From an uncultured Candidatus Binatia bacterium (lineage in GTDB: Bacteria; Desulfobacterota; Binatia; Bin18), in contig CBDESS010000004.1 of the NCBI GenBank assembly GCA_965242605.1, positions 321,157-385,156 on the forward strand: 64,000 nucleotides of DNA, written 5' to 3'. The position numbers and the translations under genes were made by a program. Shown piece after piece: positions 10,080 through 19,949 of the stretch. Within the stretch, counting starts at the first letter, position 1; every line of letters starts with the position of its first letter. The notes below the pieces were generated by a model. It ran no database searches. It had not been told where the DNA came from and worked only from the letters and a program-made list of their open reading frames with translations.

Positions 10080-10240
10080 GCGTATCGCAGCCTAGCCGGC
10101 GGCAGGCCCGACCCTAGCCCGGCAGCGGTCACCAAGTCAACGCGCCCTGACCTGCGTAGTGGCTCGGCGCGTCAGGACCTGCGCCCCCTGTACGGGCAAG
10201 ATACAAGGCAGCGAAGATAAACGGTTTTTGAGGGGGTACC

Positions 10241-11079
10241 ATGTTTCTTCTGCTGCCGCCTGCGTCTTGGGCTGGCTGTCCTGGCCCCGTCACTGGCCTA
10301 TGCCCAGAGTAATCTGGAGATCCCCCAGCAAGGGCCAGAGTGTCGGGCATTGGCGTCATTTCCGGTTGGAAGTGTGAAGCTGAAGGCGACATTACCGTCA
10401 GATTTGACGGCGGGATCCCTGTTCGTCTCGTGTACGGAAGTGAGCGGGGAGATACCCCCGCGGGGGGTGCGGGGATGCGAACAACGGCTTTGTGTCTATC
10501 TGGAACTGGGCACTCCCCGGTGATGGGGAGCACACCGCGGTGGCCTACGATAACGGCGTGGAGTTTGCCCGCAACACATTCACTGTGGCGACTACCGGGG
10601 AGGAGTTTCTGACAGGAGCGAGCGTTCGGCTCAAAGTCCCGAATTTTCCGTCGCCCGGTGAGGAAGCCCAGTTTGAGGGGAATGAGGCTAGCCAACACCT
10701 GGAACTCAGCTCCCGCGCTCCAATGAGTATCAGTGACATAGGCTGCAATCTGGGGGAGTCGTCTTCTCCAGATTCAATACCTCCATCGCCAGTGCTGTTG
10801 CTGCCGCCACCACTGCCGTGTGAGAGAGGTGACGGTTTTGATGGAGAGTATTTCATCTACTTTAGTGCCTCCTCTTCCAGTCAAAGCCAGTGTAACGCAC
10901 CGAGAGGGACCATGAGAGTGGACATAGAGGGAGGGAGGATTTCGGGCACTACCCGCGCCCCTCCCCACGGGCGTGTCAGGGTTTCTGGCGGTGTCTGCAC
11001 GGAGGGCGGTCTCCTCATCGGACAATGGACATTGGACAACGCCTATCTAGGGATATTTCACCGGTGGCCTAGGATATGA
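10241..11079 (+). pseudogene. Frameshifted secreted protein (signal peptide + LEIP...SGIGVISGWKC...NWALPGDGEHTAVAYDNG domain + unrelated C-terminus)
   Basis: A coherent protein can be read across about three frameshifts: LRLGLAVLAPSLAYA-QSNLEIP / SGIGVISGWKCEAEGDITVRF..YGSERGDT / CGDANNGFVSIWNWALPGDGEHTAVAYDNGVEFARNTFTV. Confidence 0.55.
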
Positions 11080-11241
11080 TGACGACTCCTCTTGCCCCAT
11101 GAGTATGGCACGCCCAGAACTGCACGGGTGAATTTGATATATTTCGGCCCCAATAGCCCGATGAACAAGCCGAGGGCTTGCGCACCGCGGACGGGCCGGA
11201 TACAAGGCCCAAGACAGCACAACACAGAGGGAGAACGAGTT

Positions 11242-11742
11242 ATGGATGCAGACGCCAAAAAGACCGCCTTACGCATGATTCCGTATGGCCTGTATGTCCT
11301 GACCGCCGAAAAAGACGGCGAGATTGCCGCGGCAACCGTCAACTGGGTGACGCAGACCGCGTTTGATCCGCCGCTGGTAGTGGTCGGGGTGAAGGGCGAC
11401 TCCGGTGCGCACGAGATTGTGAAAAAAGCCGGCTGTTTTGCCCTGAACATCCTGGGCAAGGGACAGCAAGGCCCGGCCTTTGCCTTCTTCAAGCCGGTTG
11501 AGAAGGACGGCAACACCATTAACGGCCAAGTCTACAGAGCCGGCAGCACCGGCTCGCCCGTACTGGAGAGCGTACCGGCCTATGTCGAGTGCTCGTTGGA
11601 GCAGACGGTTGAGAACGGCGACCACTCGGTCTTTATCGGCAAGGTGGTTGACGCGGTTGTCCAGAAACAGCCCGAGGGCCGGGCCGACGCCGCCACGCTG
11701 ACTATGGCCGACCTGGGCGAAAAGGTCTTCTACGGCGGCTAA
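11242..11742 (+). CDS. Flavin reductase-like domain protein (HpaC/NtaB-like)
   Basis: LRMIPYGLYVLT, TVNWVTQTAFDPPLVVV, GDHSVFIGKVV; start at MDADAKK. Confidence 0.9.
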   Translation: MDADAKKTALRMIPYGLYVLTAEKDGEIAAATVNWVTQTAFDPPLVVVGVKGDSGAHEIVKKAGCFALNILGKGQQGPAFAFFKPVEKDGNTINGQVYRAGSTGSPVLESVPAYVECSLEQTVENGDHSVFIGKVVDAVVQKQPEGRADAATLTMADLGEKVFYGG

Positions 11743-11768
11743 AGCCGTCTGCCCCCTGAGATTCCCCG

Positions 11769-11808
11769 GCCTCTCTGTCTCTGCCCGCGCTGACAGAGGG
11801 GCTTTTTT
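11769..11808 (+). terminator. Probable intrinsic terminator
   Basis: CCTCTCTGTC...GACAGAGGGG stem followed by TTTTTT. Confidence 0.55.
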
Positions 11809-11827
11809 GCATAGGAGGAGGACAAGC

Positions 11828-12133
11828 ATGGGAGATTTCATCAAAGTCGCCCAGAGGAGTGATATCCCGGACGGCGGGGGGAAGTGCGTTGAGGTCGAAG
11901 ACAAGCAGATCGCCATCTTCCAGGTCGAGGGCGAGTATTACGCTATTGACAATATCTGCCCCCACCAGGGCGGCCCGCTGGACGAGGGCGAACTTGACGG
12001 CACGACCGTGATCTGCCCCTGGCACGGCTGGGAATACAATGTGACGACCGGCGAGAACCTGGACGACCCGGACGTGAAACAAGACACCTACACGGTCAAA
12101 CTTGACGGCGACGACATTCTGCTTGAAGTCTGA
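11828..12133 (+). CDS. Rieske [2Fe-2S] ferredoxin (NirD-like)
   Basis: CPHQGG and CPWHG Rieske ligands; GGAGG RBS. Confidence 0.92.
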   Translation: MGDFIKVAQRSDIPDGGGKCVEVEDKQIAIFQVEGEYYAIDNICPHQGGPLDEGELDGTTVICPWHGWEYNVTTGENLDDPDVKQDTYTVKLDGDDILLEV

Positions 12134-12160
12134 ACAAACCGAACGGGGGCGAAGACGGCC

Positions 12161-13249
12161 ATGACTGCGCTGTTTGACATCATGCACGCCGAAGACTACG
12201 AACAGGTGGTCTTTTGCGCCGACCGCTCGGCCGGACTCAAGGCGATCATCGCCATCCACGACACGACCCTGGGGCCGGCCCTGGGCGGGATGCGCCGGCG
12301 GGCCTATACGACTGAGGCCGAAGCCGTCACCGACGCCCTGCGGCTGGCCAAGGCCATGACTTACAAGGCCGCGCTGGCCGGGCTGGACTACGGCGGCGGC
12401 AAGGCGGTGCTGATTGCCGAGCGTCCCGTCACCGAGGCGCAACGAGAGGTACTGTTCCGCGCCCTGGGCCGCTCAATTGAATCGCTGGCCGGCCACTACA
12501 TCCCAACCGAAGACATGGGCACCTCGACCGTGGATATTGAACGAGTGCGCAAAGAGAGCCGCTTTGGCGTTGGCCGGGAAGAAGTCTTTGGCGGCGGCGG
12601 CGACCCCTCAGAGATGACAGCCTGGGGCATCTTCTGCGGCCAGCGGGCGTGTCTCGAAGAGCTGGACGGCACGGCCGACTTCGGGGGCAAGACCGTGGCC
12701 CTGCCCGGTCTGGGCAAGGTCGGCTATCCGCTGGCCCGCCACGTGCACCAGGCCGGAGCGCGGCTGATTGTGGCCGATGTGGACGCCAGCCGCACCCGGC
12801 AGGCCGAGGCCGACCTCCAGGCCCGGGTGGTCGGCCCCCAGGACATTTACAGCCAGGAGTGCGACATCCTGGCCCCGTGCGCCGCGGGCGGCCTGTTTCA
12901 CAGCCAGACCATTCCCCACCTGCGCTGCCGGATCATTGCCGGCGGGGCCAACAACCAACTGGTGAGCGACGAGGACGGCGACGCCCTGTCCGACCGGGGC
13001 ATTCTGTACGCGCCCGATTTCGCCATCAACGCCGGCGGCCTCATCAATGTTGCTGACGAACTCGGCCCCGGCGGCTACCGGCGTGAGCGGGCCCAGGCCA
13101 AAACCGAAACCATCTATACCACGCTCAAAACGTTGTTTGCCGAGGCTAGGCAACGCAACATCCCCGCCCATCGTCTGGCCGTCACCCTGGCCCAGGAACG
13201 CATCCGGGCGGTGCGGGAGTTGCGCCGCATGAACGCCGCCCCGGCATAA
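12161..13249 (+). CDS. ldh: Leu/Phe/Val dehydrogenase
   Basis: IAIHDTTLGPALGGMR, LAKAMTYKAALAGLDYGGGKAV, GLGKVG, IIAGGANNQL, YAPDFAINAGG. Confidence 0.9.
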   Translation: MTALFDIMHAEDYEQVVFCADRSAGLKAIIAIHDTTLGPALGGMRRRAYTTEAEAVTDALRLAKAMTYKAALAGLDYGGGKAVLIAERPVTEAQREVLFRALGRSIESLAGHYIPTEDMGTSTVDIERVRKESRFGVGREEVFGGGGDPSEMTAWGIFCGQRACLEELDGTADFGGKTVALPGLGKVGYPLARHVHQAGARLIVADVDASRTRQAEADLQARVVGPQDIYSQECDILAPCAAGGLFHSQTIPHLRCRIIAGGANNQLVSDEDGDALSDRGILYAPDFAINAGGLINVADELGPGGYRRERAQAKTETIYTTLKTLFAEARQRNIPAHRLAVTLAQERIRAVRELRRMNAAPA

Positions 13250-13260
13250 AGAGGTGTGAC

Positions 13261-14364
13261 ATGCATTCACCGCTGGCGGCCTGGCACACTGCCCACGGAG
13301 CAGCCCTGGTTGATGACCGGGGCATTCGCCTGCCCGAGCGCTTTACCGATGTTGAGCAAGAATACCGGGCCGTCCACGACACCGCCGGGATTATCGACCT
13401 GTCTTTCCGGGCCCAGCTCGGCCTGAGCGGAGAAGACCGCGTCTCGTTTCTGCAAGGCATGGTGTCGAACGACGTTGGCTCCTTCCAGGCCGGCCAGGGC
13501 TGCCCGGCAGCCCTGTTGACGGAGCAGGGCCGGATTGTGGCCGACCTGCGGGTGTATGCGCTCGAAGACCGCTTTCTGCTCGACCTCGACGCCCGGATCA
13601 CAGCCAAGACGGTCGCCGCGCTAGAGCGCTTCATCATCGCCGATGACGTGGAGTTGGAGGCTCTGGACCAAGCCACGCTTGCCGTCCTCGGACCGCTGGC
13701 CCCACATCTGCTCGCCGCGGCCGGCGTCTCACCCAGCCCGACCGGCACCTGCCAGCACACACAAGCCCGGCTGGCCGAAACGCCCGTCCGCATCGTCCGT
13801 GTGCCTGAGACCGGCCTGAACGGCTACGAACTCCTGCTTCCCCAGCCACGGGCCGAGGCGGTATGGCAGGCCCTCGTCAGGGCCGGCCAGCCGCTCGGGG
13901 CGCGCCCGGTCGGTTTACACGCGCTCAATATACTGCGGATTGAGGCCGGGATTCCGTGGTACGGCCTTGATATGGACGAAGACCGCATCGTGCTGGAAGT
14001 CGGCCTTGACCACGCGCTCAGCTTCAACAAGGGCTGCTATCTCGGCCAGGAGGTGGTTGAACGCGCCTCGGCCCGTGGGCGGGTGAACCGCAAACTCAGC
14101 GGCCTGCTCGTGCAGGAGGGGCCGGTCCCGCCCCAGCGTGGGGACAAGCTGTTCCACGCTACCAGGGAGGTCGGCTGGATCACCAGCGCCGCTATCTCCC
14201 CCCGTTTGGGCCGTCCCATCGCCCTGGGCTATGTCCGCCGCGAGCATCTCGAGCCGGGCACCCAACTGCGGATTGACACAAACGGGACGCCCGTGATAGC
14301 GGAAGTAGCTGTCCTCCCATTCCCCACGGGAGTGAGGGGACGAACACATACACGAGGAGGGTAG
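13261..14364 (+). CDS. GcvT-like/YgfZ folate-binding aminomethyltransferase family protein
   Basis: FLQGMVSND, LRIEAGIP, KGCYLGQE signature. Confidence 0.9.
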   Translation: MHSPLAAWHTAHGAALVDDRGIRLPERFTDVEQEYRAVHDTAGIIDLSFRAQLGLSGEDRVSFLQGMVSNDVGSFQAGQGCPAALLTEQGRIVADLRVYALEDRFLLDLDARITAKTVAALERFIIADDVELEALDQATLAVLGPLAPHLLAAAGVSPSPTGTCQHTQARLAETPVRIVRVPETGLNGYELLLPQPRAEAVWQALVRAGQPLGARPVGLHALNILRIEAGIPWYGLDMDEDRIVLEVGLDHALSFNKGCYLGQEVVERASARGRVNRKLSGLLVQEGPVPPQRGDKLFHATREVGWITSAAISPRLGRPIALGYVRREHLEPGTQLRIDTNGTPVIAEVAVLPFPTGVRGRTHTRGG

Positions 14365-14365
14365 C

Positions 14366-14506
14366 ATGGCTCAGTTGGGAAAACGCTATATGTGTGAAAC
14401 CTGTGGGACTGAGGTTCTGTGCAACAAACCTGGCGACGGCACGCTGAACTGCTGCGATGCAGATATGCCGCTCAAAGAGGCAAAACCCCTGCCGTCGTCC
14501 GACTAA
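14366..14506 (+). CDS. Desulforedoxin-like metal-binding miniprotein (46 aa), copy 1
   Basis: MAQLGKRYMCETCGTEVLCNKPGDGTLNCCDADMPLKEAKPLPSSD; GAGGAGG RBS; C-x2-C-x15-C-C spacing; below the ORF-track cutoff. Confidence 0.85.
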   Translation: MAQLGKRYMCETCGTEVLCNKPGDGTLNCCDADMPLKEAKPLPSSD

Positions 14507-14534
14507 GCGCGCACAGCGCGCTTCATTTCGGCTC

Positions 14535-14563
14535 AAAGGGCGATGCGTGGCATCGCCCTTTTT
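14535..14563 (+). terminator. Intrinsic terminator/hairpin
   Basis: Perfect 12-bp inverted repeat AAAGGGCGATGC-GTG-GCATCGCCCTTT followed by TT. Confidence 0.75.
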
Positions 14564-14576
14564 GGTGTCAGACGCC

Positions 14577-16121
14577 ATGCCTGCCTGCCCGGCCGACCTT
14601 ATAGTATATGGAGGCAGGGTTCTCACCCAGGACCCCAACCGCCCGACCGCCGAAGCCGTGGCCATAGCCGGCGAGCGGATCATGGCAGTTGGCAGAGCGG
14701 CCGACCTCCGACCGTATATTACGCGCCACACCCACCTGCTGGACTGCCACGGTCATACCGTCCTGCCCGGCTTCATTGATCCGCATCTCCACCTCTTTTC
14801 TTGGGCCAGCCGGCTGTGCGGCGCGGATCTCAGCGGCACCGGGTCAATGGCCGAGTTGCGCCACACCCTAGCGCGCGGTTTGCCCCGGCTCCAGCCCGGA
14901 GAATGGCTGCGCGGCTATGGCTACGATGAGTTCCTGCTGACCGAAAAACGCCATCCGACCCGAGATGACCTTGACGCGGTGTGTCGTGACAGGCCGGTTG
15001 TAGTCCGCCACCGCTCCGGTCATGCCGCGGTGCTCAACACCGCCGGCCTGAAACGCGCCGGCATCGGCCCATCCTTTGCCGAACGTGACGGAGGCCACGC
15101 CGAACGTGACTCCAGCGGCCGACCCACAGGCTTGGTGTACGAACTTGAACCCTTTTTGCGAACCATTATTCCTCGCCTGCCCGCGGCCGACTTTCGGGCC
15201 GGCCTAGAGCGGACCGGACAAGACTTGCTGCGCCTGGGCGTGACCTCATTCCACGACGCCAGCGCCGGCAATACCCTCGACGACCTGACGGTCTTTCAAC
15301 AGTTGAAGGCAGACGGGCTGCTGACTTCACGGGCCACCGTCATGCTCGGTATTGCAGCCCTGGACCAGCTCCTCGAAGCCCGGCTCGGACCTTTTAGCGG
15401 GGACGATCAAGTCCGTCTTGGCAGTATCAAAATCATGCTGCACGAGAGCCGGGAGGCACTCCATCCACCGCCGCAGGAACTCAGGCGCATGGTCTGGCAC
15501 GCCCATCAGCATGGCTTCCAGGTGGCCTTCCACGCTGTCGAAGAAGCTGCAATCGGCTTGGCTCTTGATGCGCTGGAACACGCCCAGCAACGGCTGCCGC
15601 GGCCAGATCACCGCCACCGGATCGAACACTGCGCGCTGTGTCCACCGCCGTTTCTGGAGCAACTGAAAACAAGCGGCTGCGCGGTTGTCACCCAGCCCGG
15701 ATTTGTGCGCTGGTACGGAGACAAATACACGGCCGAGCTTGCGCCCGAACTTCATCCTTGGCTGTACAGGACGAGAAGCCTGCTCAACTGCCGTATCCCG
15801 GTGGCAGGCAGCTCGGACTGTCCGGTCGGGCCGCTGGCCCCGCTGGCCAGCATCGCCGCGGCACGCACCAGACAGTCTCAGACCGGCCGGGCAGTGAACG
15901 CGGCAGAGCGGCTGAGCTTGGCCGAGGCACTGGGGCTTTTCACCAGCACAGCCGCCTGGGTAGGCTTTGAAGAAGACAAGAAGGGCAAGATCGTTCCGGG
16001 GATGCTGGCGGACCTGGTGATCCTTGACGATGACATAAGCGTGGTTCCCGAGCACGAGATCGGTTCGCTGTCGGCAAGCACCACGATCGTCGGCGGCAAA
16101 GTCGTATGGCACAGAACATAA
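14577..16121 (+). CDS. Amidohydrolase 3 family protein (YtcJ-like)
   Basis: LPGFIDPHLH, HRSGHAAVLNTAGL, QVAFHAVEE, RHRIEHC, GSSDCPV, GKIVPGMLADLVIL. Confidence 0.9.
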   Translation: MPACPADLIVYGGRVLTQDPNRPTAEAVAIAGERIMAVGRAADLRPYITRHTHLLDCHGHTVLPGFIDPHLHLFSWASRLCGADLSGTGSMAELRHTLARGLPRLQPGEWLRGYGYDEFLLTEKRHPTRDDLDAVCRDRPVVVRHRSGHAAVLNTAGLKRAGIGPSFAERDGGHAERDSSGRPTGLVYELEPFLRTIIPRLPAADFRAGLERTGQDLLRLGVTSFHDASAGNTLDDLTVFQQLKADGLLTSRATVMLGIAALDQLLEARLGPFSGDDQVRLGSIKIMLHESREALHPPPQELRRMVWHAHQHGFQVAFHAVEEAAIGLALDALEHAQQRLPRPDHRHRIEHCALCPPPFLEQLKTSGCAVVTQPGFVRWYGDKYTAELAPELHPWLYRTRSLLNCRIPVAGSSDCPVGPLAPLASIAAARTRQSQTGRAVNAAERLSLAEALGLFTSTAAWVGFEEDKKGKIVPGMLADLVILDDDISVVPEHEIGSLSASTTIVGGKVVWHRT

Positions 16122-16172
16122 GACGGCCGGCCGCCTCTTTACCCACCACCCCTGACCCGCTAGTGACAAAGC

Positions 16173-16874
16173 ATGGCGGCGGTCATCTACCGAAAAGAAA
16201 ACAGTCTGGCCATTGTGTCACTCAACCGTCCCAAGGTGTTCAACGCCTACAACGTGGAGATGCGCGACGGTCTATACGAAGCCCTCCACGCGGTCGGTGA
16301 CGACCCCGAGGTGCGGGTTATGATTTTGCGCGGTGAGGGCCCGGCCTTTTCCACCGGCGGGGATGTGTCGGAGTTTGGCTCGGCCCCCTCGCCGGTCGGG
16401 GCGCGGAAGATACGCTGGCGGCGCGATGTGTGGGGCACGCTGCTCAGCCTGCCTCAGCCAACGATTGCCGCGGTCCACGGCTTTACCGTCGGCGGCGGCA
16501 TGGAAATGGCCTTGTTGTGCGACCTGTGTATTGCCGCCGACGATACGGTGTTCTTTTTGCCCGAAACCGGGCTGGGGATGATTCCTGGCGTTGCCGGAAC
16601 GCAGACCGCGCCGCGGGCGGTTGGTCTTGGCCGCGCCCTTGATATGGTCCTGACGGGCAAGCGGGTGAACGCTGAGCAGGCGCTTCAGATCGGCCTGACC
16701 AACCAGGTCGTGCCACGCCAAGACCTGCTCGCAACAGCAAAAACGCTGGCCACCAGCCTGGCCCGACACGACCCGCGGCTGGTGGCCCTGGCCAAGCGTG
16801 CGGTTCGGCGGGGTCTTGACCTGCCCCTGGCCGAGGGTCTGGAACTGGAACGGCGTCTGTTCTCCCGCCTGTAG
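16173..16874 (+). CDS. Enoyl-CoA hydratase/isomerase family protein
   Basis: SLNRPKVFNA, AFSTGGDV, VHGFTVGGGMEMALLCDL, PETGLGMIPG. Confidence 0.9.
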   Translation: MAAVIYRKENSLAIVSLNRPKVFNAYNVEMRDGLYEALHAVGDDPEVRVMILRGEGPAFSTGGDVSEFGSAPSPVGARKIRWRRDVWGTLLSLPQPTIAAVHGFTVGGGMEMALLCDLCIAADDTVFFLPETGLGMIPGVAGTQTAPRAVGLGRALDMVLTGKRVNAEQALQIGLTNQVVPRQDLLATAKTLATSLARHDPRLVALAKRAVRRGLDLPLAEGLELERRLFSRL

Positions 16875-16950
16875 CCGTCGTATCTTGTCATCCCGGCCCA
16901 AGGCTGATAGCTGAAACGGCTGGACCCGTACTACGCAAAGAGGAGTGCCT

Positions 16951-18507
16951 ATGAACACTGCGAATTTTCTCAGTCTTCCCGGTATGATGCTGGCCGACCA
17001 GGAAATCCTCGTTTTTGAGGGCAAACGACAGACCTATGGCGAAACGCTCGACCGTGTCCGCCGACTGGCCAGCAGTCTGAAAGCGCTTGGCGTTGGCCCC
17101 GGCACCCGCGTCGCCGCCCTCCAGACCAACTCACATCAGTATATCGAGGCGTATTACGCGACCGCGACCCTGGGCGCGACCTTTGTGCCCCTCAACTACC
17201 GGGCCAAACCGCCCGAAGTGGAATATATGGTTACGGCCGCGGATGTCAAAGTCCTGTTTATCGGCGACCGTTATCTGCCGCTGCTTGAGCGGCTGAAGCC
17301 CAAGTTCTCGATGATTCAGCACTATGTGGCGATGGAGAGTGCTCAGTCTGACATGCACAACCATGAAGAGCTGATCGCCAACGGCTCGCCCGATATTGAA
17401 GACGCCGAGGTGGACGAAGAAGACCTGTCGATCCTGATGTACACCAGCGGCACAACTTCGCTGCCCAAGGGGGTGATGCTGACCTACGGCGGTTTTACCA
17501 ACTATGTTGTCGGCACGGTTGAAATGGCCGACGGTACTCCGCACGGCACTTCGCTGTTGTGCGCTCCGCTGTACCATATCGCCGGCGCGATGAACATCAT
17601 GACCGCGATCTGGTCTGGCCGCAAAATCGTCATTCTGCGCCAGTTTGACGCCAAGGAGTGGCTGACCGCGGTCCAGGACGAACACGTCACCCACGCCTTT
17701 GTCGTGCCGACCATGCTGAAACAGCTGATCGATCTTCCTGAGTTTTCCAACTACGATCAGTCGAGCCTGGAAAACCTGTCCTACGGGGGCGCGCCCATGC
17801 CGTTTCCGGTCATTCGCAAGGCGATTGAGCTGTTCCCGGATAGCACCGGCTTTGTGAATGCCTTTGGCCAGACCGAGACCAACTCCACCCTGTCGGTGCT
17901 CGGCCCAGATGACCATAAACTCAACGGCAGCCAGGAAGAGATTGAGCGCAACCTCAAGCGGCTCACCTCGGTTGGGAAGCCGTTGCCCGATGTTGAGGTC
18001 GCCATCCTTGACGACGAGAACACACCGCTGCCGGCCGACGAGATCGGCGAGGTGGTAATCCGCACGCCGCGCGCCATGAAGGGCTACGCCGGCCAGGAGA
18101 GCGCGACCGCGGCCCTGTTTGACGATGAGGGCTGGCTGCATACCCGAGACATGGGCTATCTCGACCAGGACGGCTATATCTACCTGGTCGGTCGCAAGGA
18201 CGACATCATCATCCGGGGCGGCGAGAACATCGCTCCGGCCGAAATCGAAGCCGTCTTACACGCCCATCCCGCGGTTGACGAAGCGGCCATCATCGGCCTG
18301 CCCGACGAGCAGTGGGGGCAAAAAATTGCCGCCTTTGTCGCACTGCGTCCGGGCCAGACCGTGACCGAAGACGAGCTGGGAGCGTTCTGCCGTGAGCGGC
18401 TGTCGAGCTTCAAGAAACCCGAAGACATTCACTTCATGGACGAACTGCCCAAAAACCATATGGGCAAGATTCTGAAAAAGGAACTCCGCGCCGAGTATGG
18501 GAACTAA
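16951..18507 (+). CDS. Long-chain-fatty-acid--CoA ligase (AMP-binding family)
   Basis: YTSGTTSLPKG, FGQTET, GWLHTRDMG, GRKDDIIIRGGENI, GKILKKEL; AGGAG RBS before 16951. Confidence 0.93.
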   Translation: MNTANFLSLPGMMLADQEILVFEGKRQTYGETLDRVRRLASSLKALGVGPGTRVAALQTNSHQYIEAYYATATLGATFVPLNYRAKPPEVEYMVTAADVKVLFIGDRYLPLLERLKPKFSMIQHYVAMESAQSDMHNHEELIANGSPDIEDAEVDEEDLSILMYTSGTTSLPKGVMLTYGGFTNYVVGTVEMADGTPHGTSLLCAPLYHIAGAMNIMTAIWSGRKIVILRQFDAKEWLTAVQDEHVTHAFVVPTMLKQLIDLPEFSNYDQSSLENLSYGGAPMPFPVIRKAIELFPDSTGFVNAFGQTETNSTLSVLGPDDHKLNGSQEEIERNLKRLTSVGKPLPDVEVAILDDENTPLPADEIGEVVIRTPRAMKGYAGQESATAALFDDEGWLHTRDMGYLDQDGYIYLVGRKDDIIIRGGENIAPAEIEAVLHAHPAVDEAAIIGLPDEQWGQKIAAFVALRPGQTVTEDELGAFCRERLSSFKKPEDIHFMDELPKNHMGKILKKELRAEYGN

Positions 18508-18521
18508 GGCTGGCCCCGGCC

Positions 18522-19295
18522 ATGTCAGACCTCACCTACACCACCCACGGGCGCTTCGCCCGGCTGGGGCTGAATCGACCTGACAGCGGCAACCGACTCA
18601 CCCCGGCTATGACCCAGGAGTTGGCTGCGGTATGCGAAGCGGTCGAGAACGACGACACGGTCGAGATTCTGCTGCTGACCGGTCAGGGCGAGGCGTTCTG
18701 CGCCGGGCTGGAGTATCCGCCGGGTCCCCGCGGAACGACCGCTCACCGCATTCGTCAACAGTTCGGTCGGCTGGATTGCGTTGAGCGGCTGGCCGCCCTG
18801 ACCAAACCGACCATCGCCGTACTGAACGGCGACGCCCTGGGGGTCGGGCTGGAACTGGCCCTGGCCTGTGATCTGCGGCTGGCAAAAGCCGGCGCGCAGT
18901 TTGGCCTCCCGCAGTTGACCGAGGGGCTGATTCCGTTCTGCGGCGGCAGCCAACGCCTGCCCCGCGTCATCGGCCAGGCCAGGGCGCTGGAGTTGATTCT
19001 GACCGCCAAGCGTCTTGATGCGAGCCAGGCGCAACAGATTGGCCTGGTGACAGAGGCCATTAAGCCGGACCGTTTTGCGACCCGGGTTGACGAGGTCCTG
19101 ACCGGCCTGCTCGAGAAAGGCCCCATTGCCCTGCGTCTCGGCAAAGAGGCGGTGCTGAAGGCCCTGGACCTGAGCCTGGAGCAGGGCACACGCCTTGAGG
19201 AAGACCTGTACGTCCTGCTCCAGACGACCAGAGACAGAGCCGAGGGCGTCCACGCCTTCCTGGCAAAACGCAAGCCGGTCTTTACTGGAAGCTGA
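18522..19295 (+). CDS. Enoyl-CoA hydratase/isomerase family protein
   Basis: GLNRPDSGN, AFCAGLE, NGDALGVGLELALACDLR, GGSQRLPRVIG, RAEGVHAFLAKRKP. Confidence 0.9.
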   Translation: MSDLTYTTHGRFARLGLNRPDSGNRLTPAMTQELAAVCEAVENDDTVEILLLTGQGEAFCAGLEYPPGPRGTTAHRIRQQFGRLDCVERLAALTKPTIAVLNGDALGVGLELALACDLRLAKAGAQFGLPQLTEGLIPFCGGSQRLPRVIGQARALELILTAKRLDASQAQQIGLVTEAIKPDRFATRVDEVLTGLLEKGPIALRLGKEAVLKALDLSLEQGTRLEEDLYVLLQTTRDRAEGVHAFLAKRKPVFTGS

Positions 19296-19347
19296 AAACC
19301 CCGCACAATGCGGTATCCATGTATATGCTTGACAGGAGGGTAGTGTC

Positions 19348-19464
19348 ATGGCCAACCAGCTCGGAAAAATGTATCTGTGTGGACAATGCGGCTCCCAGAT
19401 CATTGTCACCAAAGGCGGAGACGGCAGCGTGAAGTGCTGCGGAGCAGAGATGCAGAAGAAATAA
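19348..19464 (+). CDS. Desulforedoxin-like metal-binding miniprotein (38 aa), copy 2
   Basis: MANQLGKMYLCGQCGSQIIVTKGGDGSVKCCGAEMQKK; AGGAGG RBS; same C-x2-C-x15-C-C spacing; below the ORF-track cutoff. Confidence 0.85.
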   Translation: MANQLGKMYLCGQCGSQIIVTKGGDGSVKCCGAEMQKK

Positions 19465-19599
19465 TCCCGCGCTTTGCCCGCGGCGTTTACCGTCAGAGCA
19501 AACACCCACGGCCCAGCCTTCGGTCCGAGCGCTGAGCCTTTCCTTGCCCGGTCCTCAAACAAGCCGGCTTGCAGGGTTCCACAGCGAGGGGAGCGTTTC

Positions 19600-19893
19600 A
19601 TGGCTGAACCAATGACGGCTGAGGAAATCAGCCAACTGATTGTCCAGGGAATTGCCGGTGCCGAGGTCAAAATCCGCGACCTGACCGGCGGCGGAGACCA
19701 CTACGAAGCGCTGGTTATCTCGGCCTCGTTTCACGGCAAAGGGAAAGTCGCCCGTCACCGCATGGTGTACGCGGCCCTCCGGGGCGCAATGGCGGAGCGC
19801 ATCCACGCCCTGAAGCTCAGCACCCTCACCCCGGAAGAGGGGCAGGCCGAGGCGGCCAGCCTCCTGACCATACCGCCGGCGAAAACCCCCTAA
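19600..19893 (+). CDS. bolA: BolA/IbaG family protein
   Basis: [30 protein letters not shown]...IHALKL; adjacent to a monothiol glutaredoxin. Confidence 0.88.
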   Translation: MAEPMTAEEISQLIVQGIAGAEVKIRDLTGGGDHYEALVISASFHGKGKVARHRMVYAALRGAMAERIHALKLSTLTPEEGQAEAASLLTIPPAKTP

Positions 19894-19949
19894 GGCGAGC
19901 CTCGCTTGAGGCTCTTTTCATTCACCCACCACCCAAAGGAGCAATGCGT

